From assembly GCF_030144855.1 (NCBI RefSeq), contig NC_082708.1, positions 59,582,001 through 59,646,000 of the forward strand: a DNA stretch of 64,000 nt, read 5' to 3'. How positions within the stretch are numbered: the stretch's first letter is position 1; each line of letters opens with the position of its first letter. Below, in pieces: positions 22,343-34,600 of the stretch. The position numbers were made by a program, and so were the translations under genes. The notes under the pieces were generated by a model. That model worked only from the letters and a program-made list of their open reading frames with translations, was not told where the DNA came from and made no database searches. Source of the stretch: Hypanus sabinus (Eukaryota).

Positions 22343-25300
22343 ATTGTTAAGCATATTTCTTAATCCACACAACCTTTTATTCTTATGTATTGTTAAATTT
22401 TAATTTCAGTAATTAATTTTCATAGCCTAATAAAAAATTATTGCAATGCAAATTAGTGACTTGGAGAATGTTACCTGTTAGACAGAGGATTAGAATATTA
22501 GCTCCATGAATGAAACTTTAAATCTGTTTTGCTCCAGTAGCATTCTTTTAAGGATGGTTTATTCAGAACATTTGTAGACATTGAAGGGAATCAGCAAACT
22601 GTACGGAAGGGAATATACAGGGTTGCTGGGAGTATTGATGTTGCTTCTCAAGCTCTTCTGACTTTAGTAATTGGCCTTTTGGCCTCCATATCATCCTGTA
22701 GACTCCCAAATCCTTGGTACATTCTCAGATGTGTTCCTGCCACTTTGTGTAATTGTGGATTAGGGATTACTGCCTATCATCAAGAAGGTTTTGAGGTAGC
22801 GATGTTTGCATAATGTTCAGCAACATTTGCAACTCAAGTAGTGAAACAGTCTGTTTTGAATGTAACAAGACCTCAACACCCAGGCCTGAGCTAATGCATT
22901 GCAAGTAACTTTTGCAACACACAAGTGCCAGGCATGACTATATCCAACAAGAGAAAATCCAGTTATCACCCCCTGACATTCAGTGGAATTACTATCACTG
23001 ACTTGTCTGCTTAATTAGGTTACTATTAACTAGAAACTCAAGTGGAGTAACTGCATACACTATGTGGCTACAAGAGCAGGTCAGAAGCTAAGAAGTCTGT
23101 GACAATTAACTCTCCACCTCATTCTCCAAAACGTGTCCACCGTCAATGAGGCTCAAGTTAGGAGTGTGATGAAATAATCTCTCCTGGCCCAAAGAGGCTC
23201 AAGATCACACTGAACATTGTAGCCTACTTCAGAGGCACCCCATCCACACTCATTTGCTAACTCCACCAGCAACATGTAGTGGTAGCAGTATGTATCTTCT
23301 ACAGGTTGTACTGTAGAAATTCAGCAAGACTCCTTAGATAGCATCAAAATCCACAACCTCTACCTGCTAGAAGGACAAGGGCAACAAGTACATGGGAGCA
23401 GCACCACCTCCAAGTTGCCTTCCAAGTCACACCATCCTTCATCACTGCGGGGTGAAAATCCTGAAACTCTCTCCAAAAGCACACCTTAGGAACTGCAACA
23501 GTTCAAGAAGGTAGTGTACCATCACCTTCAAGGGCAACTAGGAATGGGCAATTAAATGCTGGCTCAGCTTGTGAAGCCCCCGTCCTCTGAATATTTTTTA
23601 AAAAGTAATTTCTGAGTATGCTTGAATCGTATGCTGCATGCTGGAGTTCTTGGTTCAGGCATGCAAAAAATGCAGTCGATCAAAGTTGGTCATGCCTGAG
23701 CATTGCTGTGGTGTTTGCCTGAGAAAGGATGCAGCTGTAGCTTTGAAGAATTTTATGAAGGCAATATTGGTGTTACCTTAATGCCTTTGAGATACCTTCT
23801 ACAAGTTATGGATCACTGGTGCACTGTAGATTGCAAGATTGATGCTGGTTTTGGTGCATCACTGATGCCTGTCATGCATATGAGTTGACTCCTGAGATAT
23901 GTAGCATATTCCACATTCAAGTTTCTCTCCATGGATCGTGCCCGTCAGGGGCAGCACAGTGTCCTGCAGCAGAGGCAGATAGTGAACATTTGGTCAGCAC
24001 CAAATCCATTATGATCATTAATCACTAACTTTGAACCCCTCTCCAACCACAAGGCTTCAGTTTTATTGTGCTTAAGCACAAGATGAGCTTCTGACAACTG
24101 GTACACACGATCAGCGATCTCCAGTTCTGTCTTACGCTCACTTTAAGTACTGCTTAAAGATGCTACTTACTGTTAAACATAGATGTAGCTGGTTTTCTGC
24201 ACTAGTAAACCAGACCACTTAATTCTACCTCTTTGACCTATCCACAAATCTTATTCACAAACATGTTGGGTTAAGCAACATACAATACTAATCTTTCAAA
24301 TCTCTAATCCTTTAATACAACAGGTAAGCACACTCAAATTTTGGTTTCATCATTTCTGCCCCTATAAAGGCCTTGAGTTATCAAATTCCCTTCTGAAGTC
24401 TCTACCTAACTACTATGGGAGACTGTGCATGATCTTGAAACACTAGTAGTAGTTTAATACAGTAAGCTTAATCATTTTGGTACCAAGCAATTATATTGGC
24501 CATGTTAGTAGCATGTATCCTTCTCCAAGGAAGATTAATGAAACAAATTAAGTTTATTTTAGCAATACTGTCAGATTTGAATGTTCCTTATTTCCAAAAA
24601 TTTTCTGAACTCAACCCCCAAACAAGTCAAAATCTGCATTGAGTGTTTACCCTATTTCATGTTATACTGTACATTGTTTTTGCTGCAGTTTTACATAATA
24701 ATCACTTCTGCTTGTATTTGAGTGACAGCTTCAGACAGGCATTTGTATCTCTGGGCATGTGAGAAAGACAACTATCCATCCATTTTCAACACAGTGTTGA
24801 AGTGCTGGCATTGACTGACTACATAGTGAAATGCAATACCAATGTAACTATTAATATTACACTAAATTTTGCTGGAAGTGTTTAATATGCATATTAATTT
24901 ATCCAGCATTTGTAATTTCCACAAGTATATAGACTAATTATTTTATTCCATTTTAAAGCTTATTAAATTAGTACCTCAATGTAAGATTCATTATATTTTT
25001 GAATTGATGTTATTTGATCACAAATTTAGAGCTGCTAATTAAAAACATACTTGCACTTGTAGGTGATTTACAACCAAAGCTGATTTATATGCTGGAAATA
25101 TCATTCATGATCTCCACTCCAGAAAGGGAACACCCTTGCCCGAATTTAAATGTTAAATTGCTTTGCAAAGTATCATTTTTTTCTGTCCTGATTTAACTCA
25201 ATTTCCATCTGTTACCTTCTCAATCTTTAAAGTGTGATTGTTCAATTCCATCATTTGCCATGTTGTCCTAGCCAGAATGTTAATTGTCTGCACTTTAAAC

Positions 25301-25635
25301 TTGCTGATTTTTTTTTAAAAATCAGTTGATTTGTGAAGGTCTAACTAAATGGAACAAAGTGAACTGTTTCAGAAAAATTAAGGCTGCAGTGATCATTTGA
25401 AGCAATGTTTAATAGCTCAAGAAGTGGGCCGCTTTCCAAATGAAATTTTGGTTATAGTAAGGCAAACTAGTGCAGAGGTTCAAAATTAATAATATCACAT
25501 TTTGGGAACAGCTCCTGTGGAGAGTACATGTTTCAAGACAATTAACTTTATTGGAGTGGGTAGATATTACAGATGGACAAGTCTAAATATAAAAGCAGGC
25601 AAGAAACACTAACTTGTAATCAAGAGAATGGAATA

Positions 25636-26355
25636 CAGTCAGCCCTCCTTATCCGCGGGGGACCCCTTGCGGATGCCAAAAAACGCAGATGCTCAAGTCC
25701 CTTATTTAACGTGTCTCAGTGCAGTGGACTTTAGGATCCAGCGGAGATCAGGACTCACCGCCCGCGGCTGCTGCTGAATCTGTAGTGTTTCTGTTCCGTT
25801 GACTGAGAACAATCACGAATGAAAATAAAGTGGAAATAATAAAGTGATCGGAAAGAGGTGAACCACCACCGGTCATTGGAAAAGCATTAGGCTACAGTCA
25901 AACAACGAACGAAACAATTTTAAAGGATAAAGTGAGAATAATGGAGCATGTGAAAGGCCCTGCCCCAATGAAAGCTACTATTACAAAGAAACGCAGTAGT
26001 TTAATTATTGAAATACATACATTTCTTAAGTTTTATATGCATAGAAAGGTAAAATATATACTAAGACAAACGTTTGACTGATGCTAAATAATACCGGATG
26101 TATCTGTTCCGACTTGCATACAAATCTGACTTAAAGACTGCCTGTACTTTAAATCATCTCTAGCTTACTTATAATACCTAATACAATGTAAATGCTATGT
26201 AAATAGTTGTTATACTGTATTATTTGAATAATGACAAGAAAAAGCGTCTGTACATGCTCAAACAATGAGTGCTGAAGAGAGAATTTACAGGTTTTCCTGA
26301 TCTGCGGTCAGTTGAATCTGTGCACGCGGAACCCGCGGATAAGGAGGGCCGACTG
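25636..26355 (+). mobile_element. Non-autonomous Tigger/pogo DNA transposon (720 bp), MER2-like ends
   Basis: 24-bp TIRs CAGTC(A/G)GCCCTCCTTATCCGCGGG (23/24) with a TA TSD on both sides. Internal decayed transposase HTH fragment. Confidence 0.92.
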
Positions 26356-26726
26356 TACGTTCAAGCAACAGAAGAGATAGGTAAAAAGCAGAATAATAAA
26401 TGTATCTAGAAGATACAGGGACTAATTATGGTAGGGAAAATTTGTCAAAGCAGAGTAACTAGAAAGGTGAAAGGCATGTAAATAGAAGGTCGAAAGTAAA
26501 TCCTGTTTTTTGTTGTACTGAGATTAGGGTAGGACAATAAATGTATTGTCTATTTCTGACATTGTCCAAAACCATTCTTATACATGATTTAATCCTGTCT
26601 CTCCAGCTAGCTGTTAAGCAGATGTACAATGTGAGATTTAGATTGTATTTCAATGAAATATTGTAGCAAACATCAATTTTTAGAAATAATCTAAAATTTA
26701 TTTCATGTACAAGGATAAGTAGCAAT

Positions 26727-26859
26727 TTAAGATTCATGACTTTTTTCTTTTAATGGCTGAAGATGTCGTCTTATTATTAATTCCCCAGTGCTCTTCAGGT
26801 AAGTGTCAGCTAGTTCCTGCTCCGTCGGTAGTCCTTGTGGTAACTTCAGAGGTTGCACT
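26727..26859 (-). CDS. MRPL30: Mitochondrial ribosomal protein L30, final exon
   Basis: VQPLKLPQGLPTEQELADTYLKSTGELIIRRHLQPLKEKSHES-stop. Minus-strand AATAAA at 26702-26697. Confidence 0.95.
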
Positions 26860-26955
26860 CTGGAAGTATACAAAGCATTGTCACAAAACCTTAGTCAAAA
26901 TTGAAATTTATACCAAAAGAGAAAGGTGCATTTAATATAAAAAGTGCTCACATAC

Positions 26956-27029
26956 CTTATAAGATGCTTGATGACTTTCAATTTGCTATTAACTGATGAA
27001 ATATTCTTATGGATCTGTGGCTGATTTGA
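26956..27029 (-). CDS. MRPL30: MRPL30 exon 4
   Basis: SNQPQIHKNISSVNSKLKVIKHLI, with AG/GT borders. Confidence 0.95.
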
Positions 27030-29682
27030 CTGGTGAGAGAATATTTTAGTTACTTAAGGCAACTAAGTCAACTGAATTGTACCTAAGAAACTGTCTTTCA
27101 AAATCTGATTGAACAAACTTATCTACCTATGAACTCTCAATGGCATTCATTATCTTAATAGTTACTCAATATCACTGCAAAATCTTAATGCAAACCTTAC
27201 TACAACAAATGCAGCCATTCTTTCAACAACTTGAAATAGCTTTTAAAATATTATTTTTCTGTTTCTAAGCGGGGTAGACGTAACTAAGGTGTTGTAACTG
27301 TATAGCATTGTACCATTTAGGATGAGCAAGTACTTAATCATGAGTAATATTTGTTAATCATCCAAAGAATATTCAATATCTGTGCTAAGTTATGTGGAAG
27401 GCAACAAGCTACCGAAACAATTAGGCCAATCAAAATTTCATACATCATTTGTATGAAAAGTGATCTTTAAATAAGTCATTATTAACCAGCCATGCTTCTC
27501 TACCTAACCCTTAATTCCCTTCCCTCATTACTTGGCCTCCACAACCTTTTGTGGCAATGAATTCCACATTACCACCTTCTTAAATCTGTCCTTGAGAAAT
27601 GTTTTCCCTCTGTAGTAAATAGTCAGCAATTAAATTTAGGAAATCTACATCTTTCTGTTTCGTTCCTGCCATTTTCTCTTGAGTTTCAAGTTTTAATTAT
27701 TGCCAGAAATGTCAACTTGCCCTTTGGTGTGACATCCCAAATGAAAATTTATTTTGATGAATATAGGATTAGTTGATGAATTATAACCACAAACAAGGAG
27801 CACAGCATTAAAAGTCATGCCAAAAATGATCAAAAGGATAGATTTGATTAATACTTCAGAGCCAAGAATGCCAGTAATAATGCTGAATATGAAGAACATG
27901 CACAGAAAAACCCAGCAAATAGAATTGACTATATACATCCAAGTATACCACTTATGCCCTGACAGCTCATGACTGTCAAAAACTATTTACAAGGAAAGTC
28001 TCTAAAATGAGGTTAGAGGGACAATTATGGGCCTTTTTTCTTTAATTATCATGACATGATAAAATTTCAGCCTCCTAACACAGCAATCCCATCAGTTCCT
28101 TTCTTCTTTTCATTTACCTATCCTGGTAAAACTTGTGCTTTTGCATGCTTATTAACTGTCCTTTGGTTCTTTTGAAAACTAACCTATACCAGGGGTTAAT
28201 CTGCAGTAGCCAGTTAACTTTGGCACATAGAAATGAAACAGCACCCAGAAGAAACCCAGCCAGTGACAGAGAGAACATCCAAACTCCCACAGACATCACT
28301 CAAGATCAGGATCAAACCCAAGTCTGTAGAGCTGTGGGGTCACTGAACAAAGATTATTTGGGACAAAACTCCAGACTGGATTTGAAATGTAACTGTCCCT
28401 CTCAGCTCAATAATTAGCCTCAACTTCATCCAGCATTTCCCCTATTGAAGCATCTGTTAACAGGTCAATTTGGCCCATTTTTTAAAAAAATATGCAAATA
28501 GAAATTCTTTAGCCAGTGAGTAGCAAATTTGTTGCCACGGGCAGCAAATGGACGCCAAGTCTTAATACATATATTTAAAGCAGAGGCTAGTAGATTGATT
28601 TGTCAGGGCATGAAATGATATGGGGTGAAAGCTGAGTGGAAAAATAGATAAGCCATTATGAAATGATGGAGCAGACTCAATGGGCCAAATGGCCTAATTC
28701 TGCTCTTATGGTCTAAAATCATGTTTCACTTCAATGTAAATAAAACAGTTCACGGGTGCACCCAAGGTTACCCATTTAAAAATTCCCTGGTAAACGTTCT
28801 TTTAGACAGGGAGGATATAGTTGACTACCATAAATTTGAAGAAGTGAGTACATAAATTGGTAATTACAAGAGCTATTTGAAATGAAATTCAGTGGAGCAA
28901 TGAAGGGGCCTCTTCTGCTGAAATGAAGAGGAACTAAACAAAATGCAAATAGTCTGAATAATAGCACATACAATTTAATGCACAAGTTTACACTACTGTG
29001 TACATGGAAAAATAGCCAAAATGTATGCTATGAAAAATGAAGGAAAGGCTCAGGAATAAGCGAAAAACCTAAAATTTAAAATTATTCAAGCAATACAGGG
29101 CAATAGCAAAGCCAACAGAATGCTGTTAAACTTAAAGCAAAGTTAAGTCTAGTTAGACTATCTCCAAGTTTATTTTTTACTCCACCTAATTGCTGCAATT
29201 GAGATTCAGCTAATGAAGATTATGCAGGGAGGAATAATAGGGTGAATCATCAGTGTCAGGCACTTGAGTTTGAGAATGACTGGATATATTTAGACTTCAG
29301 CTGACATAATTGTTTTATATTTACTATTGTGGATTTCTGTAAAAGTATACACAATTATAAGATTAAGAACTGAATGAAGCTTTAAAGTTGACATCACCAG
29401 AGTGAAACCACATGTACTGAAAATTGTACAGCCATCAGCAGATTAGTGGTCTGAGGATGAGGATGTTAAGTAGAAAGGACCCACAACAGGGCCAAAAGGT
29501 CAAGTAGGTCATTGAGGAAAAAGGTTGGATACAACAGCTAAATAGCAAAGATGCAATAGAACCAAGGGTCCAGACTACCAAAGGACAAAGATCAAAAAAG
29601 GATTCATTGGTTTTAAACTGAAAACAAAACTTGTGTATTAAATCACAGACCAAAGTGTTATAAGCACAAAAGGATAATTTAC

Positions 29683-29829
29683 CTTATCCAATCCAAGATC
29701 ATGAACAATTTTCTTTTCCCAATATGGACGCCGTTTTGTACATTTTATTCTGGTAACGATGTGCAGTTGATGTGGTTGGTTTGGATCACCATTATACTTT
29801 TCATGAGCTGCTGGTTCTACTTCAAACAT
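29683..29829 (-). CDS. MRPL30: MRPL30 exon 3
   Basis: [49 protein letters not shown]. Confidence 0.96.
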
Positions 29830-30078
29830 CTATAATCAATGATGACAAATACAAGTGTGGATAGATAAATAAGTTGTAAGACTCTTAACCAAACCCAAAT
29901 TGCAAACTTGGGATGATGAATGTGTATTCTCAAATTGTGATAATCAAACTGATCCCATTCCCTTGATTTTTTCCCATAAACTTACAGAATTTCCCTCAAG
30001 TATTTATTCAATTCCCTTTTGAAATTCTTTACTGAATCTAGTTCTACTCTTTTAAGCTACCCCCATATATGTAACAAA

Positions 30079-30230
30079 AAAAACCCCACATTGATCAACT
30101 AGTTTTTAACTTCGTATTCGGCTTAAATTTTTCTTAGCAAGATTCACCGTGACCCCACCCAAAAACCCCACATTGATCAACTAGTTTTTAACTTCGTATT
30201 TGGCTTAAATTTTTCTTAGCAAGATTCACC
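30079..30230 (+). repeat. 70-bp direct duplication with 12-bp spacer
   Basis: 30079-30148 vs 30161-30230, one mismatch. Confidence 0.95.
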
Positions 30231-30254
30231 CTAACTGACCCCCCCCCCCCACCT

Positions 30255-30962
30255 TTTCTGGTCGGCTGGTGGCACAGTGAGATCAGTGCCGGGCTCGAGA
30301 ACGGAGGTTCCCAAGTTCAATCCAGTGACCGACCGCTCCTGAGCGCACTCTTCATCTGTGCTGGGTTGATGTTGAACTTGTCAAAAAAAAACACTGCCAC
30401 TTCCAGTTTAAATTCCCACGCGGAGTATCATGGAGGATCAAATACCCAAACCCAGCACAGCCCCCACATGTCCCATTTAACCTGGCTCAGAGCGGTGGAC
30501 TTGAGGACCTGGTAAATGCAGTGTGGTGGTCCTTAGGACCCAGCAGAGCTTGGGTCTGTTTTCTGTTCCATTGACGGGAAGCGATCACGATTGAAAATAA
30601 AGTGGAAATAATAAAGCGATCAGAAAGAGGTGAAACATCATCAGTCACTGGAAAAGCATTAGGCTACAGTTGGTCGACAATCAGAACAATTTTAAAGGAT
30701 AAAGTGAGAATGATGGAGCATGTGAAAGGCCCTGCCCCAATGAAAGCTACAATTATTACTAAGCAATGCAGTGGTTTAATTATTGGAATATGTACGTTTC
30801 TTAAGTGTTTTATATGCATAGAAAGGTAAAATATATATATATTATGTACTAAGACAAACGTTTGACTAAATAATACTGGATGTACATATTCCAACTTACG
30901 TACAAATCCGACTTAAAGACGGACTCAGGAACGGAACTCGTTCATAACCTGTGGACTACCTG
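30255..30962 (+). mobile_element. Tigger/pogo-family non-autonomous element (left end missing)
   Basis: HTH fragment KVEIIKRSERGETSSVTGKALGYSWSTIRTILKDK. The right end reads ...GTGGACTACCTG followed by TA. Confidence 0.8.
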
Positions 30963-31189
30963 TACTAACAAAGTGTATGTAAACTTCTGACCCACTGGGA
31001 AAGTGATGAAAGAAATAAAAGCTGAAATAAATCATTCTCTCTACTATTATTCTGACATTTCACATTCTTAAAATAGTGATCCTAACTGACATATGACAGG
31101 GAATGTTTTCTAGAATTAAATGTCAGGAATTGTGAAAAACAGTTTAAATGTATTTGGCTAAGGTGTACGTAAACTTCTGACTTCAACTG
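30963..31189 (+). mobile_element. Tc1-family right IR/DR terminal repeat of Sleeping Beauty type
   Basis: Inner DR GTGTATGTAAACTTCTGACCCACTG and outer DR GTGTACGTAAACTTCTGACTTCAACTG, then TA (31190-31191). Preceded by TAC-TAA, consistent with the transposase end. Confidence 0.9.
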
Positions 31190-32024
31190 TAAATGTACAT
31201 CTGACTAGCAGCCACTGGAAAACATAGTACTTACTTTGAGTTTAATACCATTTCCAGTATTCTCTGTGGTTATGAAACTGATAAAAGCTTGTTGCCATAG
31301 TTGCTTATCAAATGCACCTCCTCAAACATTGAGAGCATATAGTTTTCCAACTGCTAATTCATGTATACTGTGTTTCATACAAAGTAAATGTTTTCATATT
31401 TGCATATATGCACACAGATGCAATGTTATTCATTGATTTATTTAATGTCTCATGATTAATTATGGTTTAATACTCCTCCTGAGGGATTTATACAGGTGTT
31501 ATACAGTGGACAGCAGGAAGTACACATTTTATAACACTGGTGGGGTGGGGGAAGCCTCCAGATTTGCATGCAATTCAGCAATTATTGCCCCTGAAAAATT
31601 AGGAGAAAGTTGAACAAGTTTACTGGAGGAATCTACCCATCTCTGACCTTACTCCCCTCACCCTAATCCTTCATTGTTTTGCTTACCAAAAGTATTGATT
31701 TAAAGATTCAAGCACTTATCCAACATCCTTCCTGACCTCAAAGTCCTAAAATGAATTCTATGCACTTACAGCTTTCCAGTTTCTTCCTTACCTATGCATC
31801 TATACAAGATCGGCTTATAAACCAATCGACATAAGACAATTGATGTGAAAGAAAATTAAGACATGACTCTGATATAAAACAGGTCTGTCAAGTAACAAAA
31901 TAATTGACCACATTTGTGCAGCTCTGCTAGATGTTTATACCATCTAAGGAAGATTGCAGTTTAACAGGTAGTCAATAAATCTCATTTAAAAGCAGGATAT
32001 AAAAAGTGGAAGCCATGCTCTCAC

Positions 32025-32108
32025 CTTTGCTGGAATACGAGATTTTGTAAACTTCAATCGTTTGAATCCAGGCCATGGTGACAGAACGGCTTTTACTTCC
32101 ACTAAGTT
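32025..32108 (-). CDS. MRPL30: MRPL30 exon 2
   Basis: NLVEVKAVLSPWPGFKRLKFTKSRIPAK. Borders TTTTCCAG| and |GTGAGA. Confidence 0.9.
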
Positions 32109-33559
32109 CTGGAAAAACAAAGTAAGTTTTGAAGTAGTTAATTTACTTCATGCAACAAATTAAAATGTGATGTTAGCTTCCTGGGGTCCATGGAACATTC
32201 CAAATAAATGGAAGTTGCAAAAGTGGTTGACAAAACTGCCTTAATTTTAAATAGGTGGGTAATATAACCACAGTTAAATTTTTTTAAGATTTAACTGTTT
32301 GAAATAATACTATTCGGTCCCCATCCAGCTCAGTAGCCATGATCTGATATCTGATCTAGTAAATCAAGAGAATGATTGTAGGATAAATTGGCAATGGATT
32401 ACAGGGAGGCGATGTCTAAAACCTGAATGTGTTTCATGTCTGACATTTCTGTACAATGATAATTACCAATTATTGATCCCCAAATACCACTCTCATAACT
32501 GATTCTTCAATGAGTTCAGGAAAGTTTTCTTTAGAAATATGTAGCTGGAAGTGAGACTGGGCAGGTGCTAAAGTGTCAGTAGGAAAGTGCTCATTCTGGG
32601 ACCAGTGAACATAATTGTTACTTTCAGAACAGTTACAGAAAAAAATACTGCTTCCACGCAGTCTAGCTCTATGCACATCATCTCAATATTATGTAAATTT
32701 ATTTGCTAGATTGCATCTATTCTGATTCATGGAGTTCTGCCTGACATTTCATCAAGAACCCTTGCTTGTGACATTTAAAACATTTTACAGCACAGTACTG
32801 ATGAGCTTGAACTAAGTGTTTCCAATGTCAACAAAGCCATTTGTGAATGCAAGAAAACAATCTCGTTAATAGAAATAACCACTCAATTGTTGGAAATTGA
32901 AAAATTATAACAGGGTTTTCAAGCATTCCCATTTGTGCATATACAACCCACACTCCATGTTGAAATTCTTATAATTTTACGTTCTGTTGGTCTTTGAACT
33001 ACATTTGTTAATCTTCCTCGGTTTTTCAGTTTTTTTTTCGTAAATGTTGTTAACCTGCATAATCATTTGAGTATTATATTATGCAGGTTTGGTAACTTAG
33101 CCATTGGTCCACAAATTAACCTTCTCAGATAACAATCAAAAATATATGCCAATGACAGGTTTTTGATATCACCATCTTCCCAATATTTAAGCAAGATTCC
33201 TACACTTAATTCTTCACAAATTTTGAAGTAGCTTTGCAATTTGTTTAATAATTCAATGTGTATGAGAATTGTATGCTTCAATGTCTATTAACAAGATCAT
33301 TTTCCTACATTCACAAGTGGCTTCATAAGCAGCATCTTGCCCTTCTGTTAATAATGTAGTTTGCTGGCTTATGACTCCAAATTTTACGGCGCTATGTTCT
33401 TCACTACCTCATTCTCGGGACTTACGTTTTCTGTGGGTACTTTAACATGCAACTAAGACCCATTAAAAAGTATAGAATCAAACACCCGATACCCAAGCAG
33501 TTCAAAAGCTGGTGGTAGGGACCCAATACCCAACAAAAGTGTGTAATATCAAATCACAG

Positions 33560-33742
33560 ACAAGAGAAATTCTGCAGATGCTGGAAATCTGAGCAACACA
33601 CACAAAATGCCGAGGAACTCTGCAGGCCAGCTTGCACCTATGGGGAAAAAAAGGACTCCTGCCGAAGGGTTCTGGCCCAAAACGTTGACTGCACTTTTTC
33701 CATAGATGCTGCCGAGTTCCTCCAGCATTTTGTGTCTGTTGC
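33560..33742. mobile_element. Fold-back Penelope pLTR mini-element with decayed hammerhead motif
   Basis: Inverted arms around CTGCCGAAGGGTTCTGGCCCAAAACGTTGAC. Confidence 0.7.
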
Positions 33743-34206
33743 GTGTAGGATTAGCATGTTTTGGATATAAAGTTTAAATATTTTGAATTCATGCCTCTGA
33801 AAATGGTGCTGACTTCGAAATAACCACGTTGTCAATAACAGTTTTTCTGCAAGCAACAATGATTCTAACGATCAGCAAGGTGAAACCGGTGCATCGAGGG
33901 AGACCCATGTGGTCGCAAAGAGAAACGGACAAACCTCCTTACTGAGGCCAGATTTGAACATGGGCTGGTGGAACTCGAAGGCCTTGGCTCGGTTACTAGC
34001 ACAGGGTGTACAAGCACTAAGACACTGAACATAATTACCTTCACTCAACATTTATGGAAGTAAAACATCATTTATTTTTGTAAGTACATACTGTCCTCTT
34101 GAGAATACGTTTAAAAAACACAATGGCACATAAAATACTCAGGCAGGAGAACCGAGACTCCATTACGGTTTCGCACAGCAAAAGAAGGCCACAGTGTGAA
34201 ACTTAC

Positions 34207-34242
34207 CGTGAGTCGGCTCACGTTCCTGAAGAGAACGGCCAT
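34207..34242 (-). CDS. MRPL30: MRPL30 exon 1 (start of mitochondrial presequence)
   Basis: GCGATGGCC Kozak context, MAVLFRNVSRLT, and donor ACG|GTAAGT. In phase with exon 2. Confidence 0.85.
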
Positions 34243-34600
34243 CGCCGGAAACCCGAAGGCCGATTCGGTTGGAAACGGAGCTGGGAGTATGCTCAGCAAA
34301 GGCCAGGCGCAATGTCGTCAAGCAGCCCAACCCTCCCCCTTGACCACCGAGGGCAGATGGGCGCCCCGCCCCGGGGACCGCCGACAGCTTCCCGGCTCGC
34401 TGATCGACGCTCAGTTATGCCGCGTTCCTTTATTTTTGTACCTATTCTACCCGCTATTTGATCTTCCCGGTTCACTGCTGTGTTACGATGCGATTACATT
34501 GCCATATTTCGCACGGTTCTTAAGAGGAACGACCGGCTGGCGCAGGCACCTCTCCGAGCGGCCTTGCGAACTGCGCCGTTCCGCATTCACCGTGAGTACC
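34243..34600. promoter_or_regulatory. Bidirectional CpG-island promoter MRPL30/MITD1, including probable non-coding MITD1 exon 1 (donor after 34591)
   Basis: CpG-rich, with CCGGAA and a GC box CCCCGCCC. Donor ACC|GTGAGT at 34592, with an alternative GTAAGC at 34740. Confidence 0.7.

Noticed and set aside
9361-30230. CRISPR-like repeat-spacer arrays (69-bp and 70-bp repeats)
   Set aside because: There are only two units each, in a vertebrate context, with no spacer series or cas genes.
30260-30334. Functional tRNA gene
   Set aside because: The anticodon and T stems do not pair properly, so it is treated as a tRNA-derived module.
32330-33300. Possible nested gene in MRPL30 intron 1
   Set aside because: Frames are interrupted by stops and part resembles CR1 endonuclease/RT relics. 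No coherent exon.
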